Positions 1 through 12,760 of a stretch of 64,000 nucleotides of DNA are shown piece by piece. This DNA comes from Octopus sinensis (Eukaryota). The stretch is from positions 5,270,001 through 5,334,000 of the forward strand of contig NC_043018.1 in the NCBI RefSeq assembly GCF_006345805.1. Reading direction: 5' to 3'. Within the stretch, counting starts at the first letter, position 1. Every line of letters starts with the position of its first letter. The notes below the pieces were generated by a model, which worked only from the letters and a program-made list of their open reading frames with translations, did no database searches and had not been told where the DNA came from. A program made the translations under genes and the position numbers.

Positions 1-574
1 TCTTTTGCATTTCAGTTATTTTGGCAGACAAATTACTCAAATGCGCTCCAGCGATGATCATGCCATCCATTATCTTTTTACGGGGATACTCTATCTCAAG
101 CTTCCTTCCGTATTGAAGTAACAAGGGCCGTGATTTAAGAGAGGTCTAATTGCTATTTCCAGAAGGTCCAGTTAACCCGTAGATAAACAATGTAGGAGTT
201 GAGTTCGTAGTTAGGTCCTTGATTATGTTTTGATGGTGTTGGTGTAAGGCAAGGAGGTACAGTGAGGATAATAGGGTTCAATGATATGAAACCTTATGGA
301 AAGATCCCTATGAGATCCCTTGAACAATTAGAAGCAGTAAAGAAATCTCGGTCGAATGAAACTTTGCATTTCCAAGTAAGGGAAGCACACATTAGACTAT
401 GTACTCCTCGGTGTCCCTTAATTAGACGGAATGGGTATGGATGGAATGCCTATGATCATATTCCATGGCTCGTTTAGCTCATAACTGAGCTGGATCTAAG
501 CAAGGACAACGCAACAGCAGAATTGTCAGTAGTGAAGAAGCCACCACAGTCACGACTATTTGATGAGATTGTAT

Positions 575-1294
575 CTACCCACCAGGACCACTACCACCAC
601 TACCACCACCACCACCACCACCACCACCACCACCACCACCACCACCACCACCACAACCAGCAACAACAACAACAACAACAGTTACAGAAAATAGCACCAA
701 TACGAAAGCAATGATTGTGAAGGCCCTATAGTGACCACTACACCAGTAACAACAACAACAGCAACAGCCACAGCAGCAAAACATACCACTATCACCATTA
801 GCGCCACCACGACAAACAACAACAAATACCACCACAACAAAGTGACCATTGACACAACCATCAACACAACAATAAAAAATGAATATCGCAATCACAACAA
901 CAAATACCAACACGAGAAAATCACAACCACTATCATCATCATCATGAACAACAGTAAATAAGAAACACCACCACTACCTCCAATAACAACAACAACAACA
1001 AGAACAACAACAACAAAAAAGGACGACAGCAACAAAAAAGGACGACCACCAGCAAGAATAACAATACAAAGATCACCAACGAAAATGGAAAAAAAAAACA
1101 ATGGAAAATTGGGATAAGTTAATCTTGGAGTAATTGTACGAGAACGTAACTTATTGGAAGAACCAATCTGGTTTCCTCGTGTGCCGTCAATGTCTTCAGT
1201 ATTTGGTCCTCTCGCTTCGAGGCGAAAACAACACCCTCCCTCCTTCTCCATACCACCATCGTCGTCGTCATCATCATCATCATCATCGACGTCG

Positions 1295-1335
<41 letters not shown>

Positions 1336-1364
1336 TACAACAACAACAACAACTACATCATCAC

Positions 1365-1396
<32 letters not shown>

Positions 1397-1433
1397 ACAT
1401 CATCTACAACAACAACAGCAACAACATCATCAC

Positions 1434-1468
<35 letters not shown>

Positions 1469-1500
1469 ACATCATCTACAACAACAACGGCAACAACAGC
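575..1500. repeat. Compound trinucleotide microsatellite field (CAC/CAA/TCA)
   Basis: (CAC)n at about 590-655, then (CAA)n, then (TCA)n/(CAA)n blocks; overlapping poly-H/S/T/D ORFs are read-throughs. Confidence 0.95.
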
Positions 1501-1834
1501 ACTTACGGATGCCCGTAAAGTCATAAACCGTCGGCGTAACAACATTTTATATTAAACGCAAATATGGCGCTTAAAAATTCTCGCCACTTAATTGAAGTAA
1601 GACGACTGGCATCAAAGAAACATTTCTTTATAATAATATCACCGTGCCAAGATTGGTTCCTATGTATTGGTTCTATTTCCTAAATACTTTTAAATGATTT
1701 CCTTGCTTCCGATGGCGTATACCGCCATTATCCGCCGGTATTATACAACTATTTGCACGCTATGACCTTATAATGAGAATGTCTTCAAAAAGGTTTCCTG
1801 TTAGCAATAGATGTGGTGAAACTTGAAATAAACA

Positions 1835-1872
1835 ACAAATAACAAAATAACAAATAACAAATAATAATAATG

Positions 1873-1970
<98 letters not shown>

Positions 1971-2117
1971 TGTTAGAGAAATAAAAAATTGTTTGCCACC
2001 CACACAGAAGACAAGCTAATTAAAAAATAAAACAAAAAAAACACTACCTTGATGATTATGTGTGTATATGTTTGTGTCGGTGAGTGTGTATATCTGAGTG
2101 TCTGTGTCTGTGTGTGT

Positions 2118-2205
<88 letters not shown>

Positions 2206-2270
2206 GGAGAGAGAAAGAGAGAGAGATAGAGATAGATAGATATATATATATATACATATATATATATATG
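1835..2270. repeat. (ATA)n followed by (CA)/(TA)/(GA) microsatellites
   Basis: Direct inspection. Confidence 0.95.
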
Positions 2271-2299
2271 TGTGTCTTGCGTGTGTGTATATATATATC

Positions 2300-2500
2300 T
2301 TTTATCTTTTACTCGTTTCAGTCATTTGACTGCGGACACACTGGAGCACCGCCTTGAAGGGTTTTTGTCGAACAAATAGACCCCATGTTTTTTTTAATTT
2401 TTAAAGCCCTGTACTTATTCTATCGATCTCTTTTGGCGAACGGGGTCGTAAACACATGAAGACTGGTTTTGAAGCGGTGTTGGAGTGACAAACACACACA
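2300..2500 (-). mobile_element. SINE family B, 3' half only
   Basis: TTTCAGTCATTTGACTGCGG..CTGGAGCACCGCCTT..ACTTATTCTATCGATCTCTTTTG matches copies at 21085, 36461 and 55191. Confidence 0.85.
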
Positions 2501-2576
2501 TAGATAAATACATACATATGTACACACAAAACACATATATATATGTGTGTGTGTATGAATCATTGTATTTATGTAT

Positions 2577-2679
<103 letters not shown>

Positions 2680-2829
2680 ATATATCTCACGCTCTCTGTT
2701 AATCAGTTTAGGTATCCATACAAATGTATGTACAAGGCACGTAAATAAATTGTTCCAATACGAACATTTCAGAGTATTTGGTTGTCAATCTGAAAACAAT
2801 GCAATCTGAGGAGGTGTTCCGAGAGGGAT

Positions 2830-3430
2830 AAAAATCAAACATCCGGTCGACAACTTGGTGTTTGGAGTCATCACTAGTGATGGCGGTGTTATGCCTCCAT
2901 TTATCTTCCCACACGGCCTCACAATCAACACGGAGGCCTACATCAAGTACTTGGAGGAAGAGGTAGCGCTGCCCTGGGTCAAGAGGGTGGCTGTGGGAAG
3001 ACCCTATGTCTGGCGACAAGACTCTGCACCATGCCACACGAACGAGAAACCCCATTCATGGCTCTCAGACAATTTCTGCGATAACATCACCCCTAATATC
3101 TGGCCACCTGCATATAATATCTCCCCAGAATGCAACCCCTTTGATTATTATATGTGAGGCGCAGTTAAGCAAGAGATCAACAAAACTCCTTATAAAAGCA
3201 AAGATGAACTGAAGGCAAGGATTATGGCATCATTCACCAACTTAAAGAAGGTGACCGTCCAGAAGACTTGCATAAGATTCTGGAGCCGTCTCTAGGCCGT
3301 TGGTTGGTGCCAATGGCGATTTTATTGCATAAATTTACTCTTCAGTATTTCCAGATATTTTTATATGGTTTTGGTAAAAATTAGATGTCAGTGTTATTTT
3401 CATTTATGCCTAATTTAGATGACAATATAT
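2830..3430 (+). mobile_element. Tc1/mariner transposase C-terminal remnant, probably DD37D (maT-like), pseudogenised
   Basis: Translation KHPVDNLVFGVITSDGGVMPPFIFPHG..WRQDSAPCH..WPPAYNISPECNPFDYYM*GAVKQEINK..; the second and third D are 40 residues apart, with an apparent 3-codon insertion before SPxxNP, giving 37; in-frame stops. Confidence 0.85.
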
Positions 3431-3607
3431 AAACCGCATACATACGTATGTACATACAAACTTACATACATATGCACATACAAACATACATACATACATA
3501 CATACATACATACATACATACATACATACATACATCATACTTACATGCATGCATGAACGCACACACACATACACACACACATATATATGGACATATAATT
3601 CTATATC

Positions 3608-4497
3608 GTTTTATTCTTTTACCTGTTTCAGCCTGAGGCTAGGGCCATGCTAGACCACCGCCTTCCAGTGATTTGGGGTCTCTTTTCGGTACTGTTTTCG
3701 ATGAAGAAGCAAGCAAGACGATGCTGGTCTTCTTTGTACCTCCTGTCGTGATGTGGGCTTATCTGGGATTTCAGATAGAAATCGATCCAGGTGCTCTTGA
3801 AGGTTTGCACATCTACACCTTGCAGATCCCTGAGGTACTTGGCCGGTTGTTAAACAATTGTGGTCCCCTGAAACCCAAGGTGTGGAAATACTGGGTTCTT
3901 ATCAGTGATGAAGAAGACTGCAGCTTTGGCATTATGCAGTGCCGTCCAGGTCGGTGGCTGGTATAGATTTAATTCCGAAGCTAGATTTTCCAGAATACCT
4001 TTCTCGCCTTCTCTTCAGAGGGCAGAACTTCAGTTCTTGTAGCCTTTCCCAGTAGCTCATCGATTTCACCGAGCCAATCTTCTTTGAGCAGTGGCGCTAG
4101 ATTGCTTTTAGTTCTGTCAATAATTTGACGCCGTGTGGCGACCACAGTTGGGAGCAGTAATCCTGACCACTGCTGACAAATGTCCCCTATAGGAGTAGCA
4201 AGGGATCCTTCTCTGTGATTCTGCATGATCTAAGAATCCGTCCAGCTACTCACCTGCACAGTGTTACCATCTTGGTAATATGCACAAGCTATGTTGCATC
4301 ATTACTCATGTTGATTTCCAGGTAAAGCACCGATTCTAACTCTGTGATTGCACTGCCCCTGGTCCTAAGTATTCCGTTTGTGGGGCGATCGTGGTGTGCT
4401 TGAATCTTATCAGCATTGAACTTGCATATTGTTTTCATCAGACCATTTGTGTGCTGCATGCAGGTTATTTTGCAGTTGTATTGTCATGAGGGTCCTT
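3608..4497 (-). mobile_element. 5'-truncated CR1/L2-group LINE (RT C-terminal region plus natural 3' end)
   Basis: Frameshifted minus-strand translation: LQNNLHAAHKWSDENNMQ, TFVSSGQDYCSQLWSP, SYWERLQELK..RRRERY, LGFRGPQLFN, LDRFLSEIPDKPT; followed by a short 3' UTR ending CTGAAACAGGTAAAAGAATAAAA. Confidence 0.85.
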
Positions 4498-4599
4498 AAC
4501 CACCTGACATACTTTTGAGTGTGTGTGCGCGCGCACAGACACACACAGACACACACACACATATATATATACATACATGTGCATATATATACTCACACG

Positions 4600-4630
<31 letters not shown>

Positions 4631-4729
4631 AGATATGTATATATAGATATATATATATGCCTATATGTGTATCTAACTATCTGTCAATCAATCTAGCTAT
4701 CTATATAGATATATGTATAAGTTAATAGG

Positions 4730-4792
<63 letters not shown>

Positions 4793-4914
4793 CACGCACA
4801 CAGACATGCATATACGCACACGTGCATATATATGTGTGTGTACTCAGTTTACTTTAGAGTTACATATCATCAACATCGTCATTATTATTATGATTATCAT
4901 AAACACAAGTGCAA

Positions 4915-5710
4915 CCAGGGGGAGCTACCGGTTGCAGACATGTTCTACAGGTACTCATGTGCTGTCAGACGGACTTTCCCGAGGTGCGTGCCGAGTGGCG
5001 AAACCGTTTTGCACGCCTTCGTTCAGTGACCCGGTATTGCTGATCTGTGGGGTTATATTGAACAGCTGCTTTCACGTGGTGGACGGATGCGTCCGTTGGC
5101 CAAGTTTCTAGTGATGATTGCACCACTACCCTCCTTCAATCGGGCAGGGAAGACAGTTTTCATTTGCCTGGTGTCTGTGGCAAAAGAGGTTGCTTGGTGG
5201 ACAAGGCTGAAAGGGATGAGGACAGATGCATTCCTCTTTGGTAGATTTCTCATTGACTTCTTCAAGTTTCAATTAAAAAGGAAACTGAGAATGGAGAGGG
5301 AAGTGCTGTATTCGAGTGAGTTTATTGAAAGGTGAGTGAAAGTAGCGAAAATGGCAAGAGTGGATGGTACCTCTCTAAGTGTAGACCTGTGAGTCGGAGA
5401 GAAGGAATTGGAGAGGGCACTTGCTCCTGGGATTTCAAGGAAATCTCGGACAGTGGGGTTCCTCGATTATCCCTAGAGACCTTCCTATAACAGGAGGGTC
5501 ACATCTCTATCATCCTCCCCACCGCTGTCTTAAACCTTTGTAAGCGATGCATATGTCCCTTCTTTTTCAGTGTATACTTACTCTTTTTATACTTTTTTTA
5601 TCATTTCATTATTATATGTAAATCCAACACTTTATGTCTGTCTCTATATTATCCCCCCCGCCATTCTTCGCCCTTGAGGCAAATAAATGAAATTATTATT
5701 ATTATATATC

Positions 5711-5764
<54 letters not shown>

Positions 5765-5780
5765 TTATTTTTGTTATTAT
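4915..5780 (+). mobile_element. 5'-truncated L1/Tx1-group LINE (ORF2 C-terminal Cys/His domain, 3' UTR, (ATT)n tail)
   Basis: Single frame 4919-5392 with two internal TGA: GELPVADMFYRY..RTFPRCVPSGETVLHAFVQ*PGIADLWGYIEQLL..; decayed CxxC-x8-H-x4-C; AATAAA at about 5682 followed by (ATT)n. Confidence 0.8.
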
Positions 5781-6074
5781 TATTATTGTTGTTGTTGTTG
5801 TTATCAATATCATCTTATGAGCAAATTTAATTGGTGGCAGATTTCACGGCACATTAAATGAAGTCAGTGGTTGGCAGACGGTGAGGTCGAGGTGGTCGAA
5901 TGAAGCCTGTTAGCAGGGGTTCGAATCTGATGACAACCTTGTCGCCAGTCTCGAGCAGTCGTCTATACACCTATTTATCGCTTGACTGATTATTTCCATC
6001 CCACCCACTTCTCTCCCTGCTCTCTCTTCCTCTTTGTCTCTCTCTGCCTATATATGTTATATATATATATATAT

Positions 6075-6113
<39 letters not shown>

Positions 6114-6125
6114 AATATGTATATG

Positions 6126-6168
<43 letters not shown>

Positions 6169-6491
6169 GTGTATGTATCTATGTGTATGGGTGTGGCGGA
6201 AGAAAAAGAAAGGGTGTGAAATTGTTGATTGTTTTCTTTTTTCTCCCCTTTTCTCAAGTTTTTAATGGTATCGCTATTTTATTTTTGCTTCCTTCTATAT
6301 TTATATTCCTTCATTATTTCTCAACCAATTCCACCCTGGACCGCATCTCCCTCTACCTCCCCCCCACCGCATCTCTCTTGGTTTCATTTCTTCCTCCCCA
6401 CCTTGTTTGTTATACGTGCGTGTGTAGTGGTGAGTGGATGCGGTGGTTCTGAACAGGTTTCAGTGCGCGTCCACACACGTACGCACGCATG

Positions 6492-6529
<38 letters not shown>

Positions 6530-6656
6530 TATATGTATATATTTATATATACATTTATATATATGTATGTATATGCATGTATATATGTATATGTATATAT
6601 AGTATAATTATATATATGATGTATGTATATGTATATATGAATGCATATATGTAAAT

Positions 6657-6711
<55 letters not shown>

Positions 6712-6840
6712 AAAGAGAAACAGATTTTAGAACTAGCATCTTTGCTTATTACATACATACACACACACATATACATATATCTATCTATCTATCTATCTAC
6801 TATCTATCTATCTATCTATCCATATCTATCTATCTATCCA

Positions 6841-6876
<36 letters not shown>

Positions 6877-6910
6877 CATATATATCTACTTATCCATATC
6901 TATATCTATC

Positions 6911-6966
<56 letters not shown>

Positions 6967-7089
6967 GTGTATGTGTATAGTAGAATTAGAATGTCCTTGG
7001 AATATATTGATTATATAGATTCGAGAAGAATGAATCTTCTGATAAACTTTTGCAACTTTATTGATTAGATGGTGGAAACATTACTCAGC

Positions 7090-7200
7090 AAATGTGGCAA
7101 GAAGCTTGCTTTCCCAACCACAAAACTGCGTGTTCAGTTCCACCGCCTGGAATCTTCAGCAAAGTTTCTTCGAATGTTGCGTTGGGCCGACAAAATGGGT
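7090..7200 (+). mobile_element. Degenerate SINE family B tRNA-like head
   Basis: GTGGCAAGAAGCTTGCTTTCCCAACCAC..GTTCAGTTCCACCGCCTGG resembles the reverse complement of 21540-21652. Confidence 0.55.
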
Positions 7201-7314
7201 GCAATATGTTGCAGGGTCAACAAAAAATAACTCCTGGAATTGTTTCATAGCTGGCAGAAACGTTAGCACACTGGGCAAAATGTTATATATATATATATAT
7301 ATATATATAGCTAG

Positions 7315-7386
<72 letters not shown>

Positions 7387-7717
7387 TGTGTGTGACAGAA
7401 AGAGCAGATTCTGCCGACGCCGAAAAACTACTTAATTACGTTTATTTTATTAGCAGAGATATAGAACGAGGAACTGAAAACCCACCAAAGCAGGCGGCTG
7501 CCCGACAAAATGTATCTCTGTTGCGTCTTGATGACAATTTCTATAAAACAGAGCAAATTATTGGCCAGCTCCTCCTTTTCAACCCTCACAGCCCACCTAG
7601 CTGTCAAATGATCTAGTCGTACGTATCTCTGAAAAGGATAGTCACGTCTGGACCTTTTTTTTTTTTTTCATCTTAGTTCTCTTTGTAGGGTTGACTTGAA
7701 GCAAAACATCAACAGCA

Positions 7718-7885
7718 AAGGCAGTGAGCTGTCAGAAACCCTAGTGCGTCGGACAAATTGCTGAGCGGCATTTCTTCCAGCTCTTTACGTTCTAAGTTCA
7801 ATTCACATCCTGGTCACCTTTGCGTTTCATCCCTTTCTCCTGTATTGCAGTCGATGTAATCAGCTCGTCCTATCCCTTAAAAACT
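7718..7885 (+). mobile_element. Degenerate SINE family A copy
   Basis: AAGGCAGTGAGCTGTCAGAAAC..TACGTTCTAAGTTCAATT..CACCTTTGCGTTTCATCC..GTCGATGTAATC. Confidence 0.65.
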
Positions 7886-8687
7886 GACGGCTCTGATCTC
7901 TGCAACAAGACTCTGTCTCCGTCTGAGAAAGGTTGGGATCCAGGAAAAGTAATACGCCATAGAAACTGAGTAATCGGCTTTTCAAGGCCTCGAACTCAAG
8001 AAATAAGCAACAGGTGGTTGATATTTTATTGTCAGAGTAAAACTGAAATTTAAATTTAATTCGGAAACTATTCGAACTCAGAACACAGCAGGAGATAATT
8101 CGGTGCCAGAAGGCATCTTCTATGCCATTTTTTGTTAATCCAACTCACTGATTCGCTATAATTTTTATAATGAACTCATAAAACATTTAATTTTCTTTGA
8201 TGATTTAAGATAATAAAGTAATAAATGTTTATGTTTTATAACTGAATTTGCTTGACCTCTCTTTCTTTCTTTCTTTCTTTCTCTCTCTCTCTCGTACACA
8301 CACAGACACAGACACACACATGCACAAACACGAACAAGCACACCGACATAAACGCACATATCAACATGTAAACATACAGGAACACATACATACATACACA
8401 CACATACACACGCAAACGCAGACATTCTTTTATAAATACATACATAAACATAAACACACACACGCTCGCTGACATAAACACGCATATCAACATGTATAAT
8501 AACATGCAAATTTATACGCGCATGTTTTCTGACATAAACACTCTCGTTTATATGAATATCAAACATAGACACACGCATACACGCATGCGCACACACACTG
8601 CCATAAACACAATATATACAGGTATACATGCATAAACGTACACATACACACATACTTAGACATATAAGTTTCATGCGTACACACATG

Positions 8688-8720
<33 letters not shown>

Positions 8721-9300
8721 TACATTCGTATAAAACAGAGCCTGTGTATATGTATACACATGCATCTATAGTAGTCACAACTGTTCGCGATTACCATATT
8801 ATGATTGGTTATTGGTGTTGTTGTTGTTGTTATGTTGCTGTTGCTTCTGTTATAATTATTGCTGTTGTTATTGTTGTTGTTGTTGTTGTTGTTAATGAAC
8901 GAGATTATGATGGTGATGGAGTTGATGATGGAGACGGTGGAACAGAGACAATCACTGACGTCTTTATTGCATTTGTGTTGTTTGTGCTGTTGTTGTTATT
9001 GCTGCTGCTGTTGTTGTTGTTGTTGTTGTTGTTGTTGCTCCTGCTGTTGTTGTTGTCAAGCGATAATGGTATTCATGATGCTGATTATTCTGACGCAAAT
9101 AATGGAGTGGTTGGTTTGACGATCATTGACCCGGCGATGTTTCTGCTCTTGTTGTTGTTACTGTTGTTGGTGAAGATGGCGGCGGCGATAGTACTTATGC
9201 GGCAGAGGCGCTAATGGTTATGTTGATTTATTTTTGTCGCCGCTGGTGGTGGCGGTGATGGCATTGTTTGATGATATGATGGTGGTACTGGTCTCACGAC

Positions 9301-9534
9301 AGAGGCGGCGAGCTGGCAGAAACGTTAGCACGCCGGGCGAAATGCGTAGCCGCATTTCGTCTGTCGTTACGTTGTGAGTTCAAATTCCGCCGAGGTCGAC
9401 TTTGCCTTTCATCATTTCGGGGTCGATTAAATAAGTACTAGTTACGCACTGGGGTCGATATAATCGACTTAATAACTATATCTGTCCTTGTTTGTCCCCT
9501 CTGTGTTTAGCCCCTTGTGGGTAGTAAAGAAATA
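9301..9534 (+). mobile_element. Full-length SINE family A (tail type A) with 17-bp TSD
   Basis: Head GGCGGCGAGCTGGCAGAAACG, B-box-like GAGTTCAAATTCC, core GTCGACTTTGCCTTTCATC, tail GCCCCTTGTGGGTAGTAAAGAAATA; TSD GGTACTGGTCT(C/G)ACGAC at 9284-9300 and 9535-9551. Confidence 0.92.
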
Positions 9535-9561
9535 GGTACTGGTCTGACGACTCTGATAACA

Positions 9562-9775
9562 ATTGAGAATCATTAGCATGTCGGACATGATGCTTTGCCG
9601 TATATGTTCCGCCTGTTTACGTTCTGAGTTCAAATCCCGCCAAGGCCGAAATTACCTTTCATTCTTCCACGTTCACTAAATATCGTAGCAATCAAGTACT
9701 AGAGTCGGTCTAACAACCTAACATTATTTTTCTGCAACTTGTCGGACTTGTATCTGAACAACAGAAAGGATTATA
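9562..9775 (+). mobile_element. Degenerate SINE family A copy (tail type B-like)
   Basis: TACGTTCTGAGTTCAAATCCCGCCAAGG core; ends CAGAAAGGATTATATT. Confidence 0.65.
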
Positions 9776-9901
9776 TTATGGTATTGTAATGGCGATCATG
9801 ATGGAGGTCTAAGTGACATTGATGCCGTCGACAAAATTCATGGTGAATCTGGAGATAAAATTGCCAGAACGAGTTTTGTGCGTATTTGTTTGTGACAGGT
9901 G

Positions 9902-9932
<31 letters not shown>

Positions 9933-10022
9933 GAGGGAGAGAGAGATAGACAGATAGATAGATATAGATATTTATACACATAATAGATATACATACATAT
10001 AAGATATTTATACACATATATA

Positions 10023-10102
<80 letters not shown>

Positions 10103-10180
10103 TATCGACACTGCATACATACATATATATATACATACATATATATAATATATATTATGTATTATATATATATATAATAT

Positions 10181-10239
<59 letters not shown>

Positions 10240-10329
10240 ATATATACTGGCTGAGGTACCCGGTAATTTCAGACAAAGCGGGGCTTATCCCTTGGTTCCG
10301 TTCGCATAATTATTTTGCGAATCCAATAA

Positions 10330-10690
10330 CAACAATACAAATTATATAGCCCCTAAAACGGTTTTTGTGCATTTACAGAGAATACCGAACTGTCTTACTC
10401 AGGATCTTGTTTTTAGGAATTCCCAATAAGTTATGAATACCCAAATTGTGAAGTCAGTTATGTAATAACATGAAATTAGTTACCTGATGGTAAGAATTCA
10501 AATAAAGTAGCCCCGAAAAGGGCATTAATATGTTCCCAGAGTATATAGAACTTAGGAGGAAATACTAATAAGGTATGTATACTAAAATTATGAAGTATGT
10601 TACGTAATAACAGGCTAATCAGATATGAGATAATAACGATTAAAAGTAAATAACTCTGAAAAGGGCTTTTGTGTGTTGCCAGAGAATATT
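10330..10690. repeat. Degenerate tandem repeat of about 145-160 bp, about 3 units
   Basis: TAGCCCC(T/G)AAAA(C/G)GG..CAGAG(A/T)ATA motif recurs at 10347, 10508 and 10651. Confidence 0.6.
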
Positions 10691-11149
10691 CCCCCCCCCC
10701 AGCGGCACTAGTGTTGGTATATTCGTGAATAAGTCACTAAACGAAACAAGTGGATCTATTGTTTAGGAAAATACTATTTACTTGTTTAAGGGTTGTACTG
10801 GATAAATTGCAAAAATAACTCTAACTGTTCAAATAGCAAGAAATAAGCATACTCGATTTTATTTATACCAAATTATTTAGGTAAATGAATGGGTTATTTC
10901 CCTTGGCTATATATAAGGATCTCTTCGAAGGTCATTGGATGCAGGTAGCAACCCTGCTACATAGCCATGATTGCAGGAGTTCTAAGAAATCCTGAGTTAA
11001 GAGAATAATAATAACAATAGTGACAATTTCTTTCTAATCACAAGGGCTTACACAAAGAACAAGGAAGACACAGGACGCTACATTACAAAAGCTTCAAATA
11101 ATATGGGGAGGGTTCCAGCACTGTTCGCAGAAACACCACAAATCTCCCG

Positions 11150-11700
11150 TCGCCTTGATTATTTGGACCACTACTTGCCCCTTATCATTCTCCCTCGATC
11201 TACGGGCACATATTAAGACCACCGACGAAAAGCAAAGCGCTGACCTTTTTACTTATGCCATGACCAAAATTTTGAAATTTACGCGTGACAGAGTGATGGG
11301 CCAAAAATTATCAATATGACCCCCTTCTTTTTTCCCTTGCTAAGTAGTACCACTGATTTACAGAACGGGGAATTCTCCGGTTCTGCCGCCAGTTGCTCTA
11401 TATATCTGCCAAAGTACCTCCAGTAAGTTTTTTGCATATAAATGTAATCTTCGTCGTGCAGACCATCATAATCAGGCAATTTGCTTCTCGTATCCACAAT
11501 CATCATTTCCCGTATTTCTGCTATCGGCTTTTGGCAACAGCCATCCTCACTTGCTGAGAGTTACGGCAGGCCGTCGAGGTAGGCGCTGAAATCCATCCTG
11601 CATTCTGGCCCACAATTCATCTGGAACCGTCGAGTGTAGTGTTGCTTAAAAGTCTTGCTCTTAACTCTGGGGTCGACGAACTCATTATCGTCTGCCAAAA
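11150..11700 (-). mobile_element. L1/Tx1-group LINE ORF2 fragment (start of RT domain), decayed
   Basis: YLDGLP*LSASEDGCCQKPIAEIREM..SKLPDYDGL.. then, after a frameshift, GHIDNFWPITLSRVNFKIL; these correspond to the KSPGxDG and NxRPIxLLNxDxKIL motifs. Confidence 0.75.
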
Positions 11701-11939
11701 CCGAATTGTGTGTGTGTGTTTTTTTTTTCCACAAAACTAAGAAGTAAAACGAGAGTAAGAAGTTTATATGGCAAAATGTCGACTTGCGATCGAATAAAGG
11801 TGTGGTATTATGGTGCCATGTTTTCGTTAATTAATTAAGGTCACACTGTCTTGGCTTCTACATGCGACTCGAATCACTGGAACATCTAATGGCAGTTTAT
11901 GCGCATTGGGTTTTCCGTCATCCTTATAACTGTCAACGT

Positions 11940-12215
11940 TATAACCTCCATCTTCATCAACATCCTCCTCCTCCTCCTCCTTCATGTCACCATCATCCAC
12001 CTATTCCTCTTCGTTTTCATCATCATCATCAATATAATCATCAACTTTGTCAATCGCCTCATCATCATCATCGTCATCATAATCGTCATCTTCGTCATCA
12101 TCATCATCGTCGTTATCGTTGTCATCGTCGTCGTCGCCGTCACCATCATCACCATCGTCGTCTTCAGCTCCCTCACAATCAATATTATTATAGAATATCA
12201 TTATCATCATAGTCG

Positions 12216-12253
<38 letters not shown>

Positions 12254-12513
12254 GACGTCGTCGTCGTCGTCATCGTCATCATCATCATCATCATCGTCGT
12301 CACCGTCATCATGATCATGATCATGATGATCATCATCATCTCTGCTATTTCGTGAGTGCCACTGTAGTTGTGTTAGTAATTAACCATGATAACAACAACA
12401 ATAATAGAAATAATAGTAAAAGTTACCATGATAATAGTAATAATAATATTTGTAATAATAATAATAATAATGATAATAATAATAATAACAATAATAACAA
12501 CAACAACAACAAC

Positions 12514-12545
<32 letters not shown>

Positions 12546-12549
12546 TAAT

Positions 12550-12582
<33 letters not shown>

Positions 12583-12635
12583 AATAATAATAATAACAAC
12601 AATAATAACAACAACAACAACAACAATAATATTAG

Positions 12636-12698
<63 letters not shown>

Positions 12699-12760
12699 TA
12701 GCAACAAAATCCCGCAACAACAGCAGCTACAACAGCAACAACAACAATGATAGTAATGAT
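11940..12760. repeat. Compound (CAT)/(CGT)/(AAT)/(AAC) microsatellite field
   Basis: Direct inspection. Confidence 0.95.

Noticed and set aside
1150-1210. Minus-strand CTGAAGA...GAAACCA-GAT-TGGTT hammerhead-like match
   Set aside because: Helix II and helix I do not pair; probably chance.
5860-5935. B-box-like GGTTCGAATCT suggesting a tRNA
   Set aside because: No cloverleaf or correctly spaced A box could be built.
7385-7650. Unique island with homeodomain/TALE-like sites (TAAT, CTGTCA)
   Set aside because: Such short motifs are expected by chance in AT-rich DNA and no conservation data are available.
11279-11506. 75-aa ORF that looks like a host exon
   Set aside because: It is a frameshifted part of the Tx1-like RT fragment; the adjacent frame continues with RT motifs.
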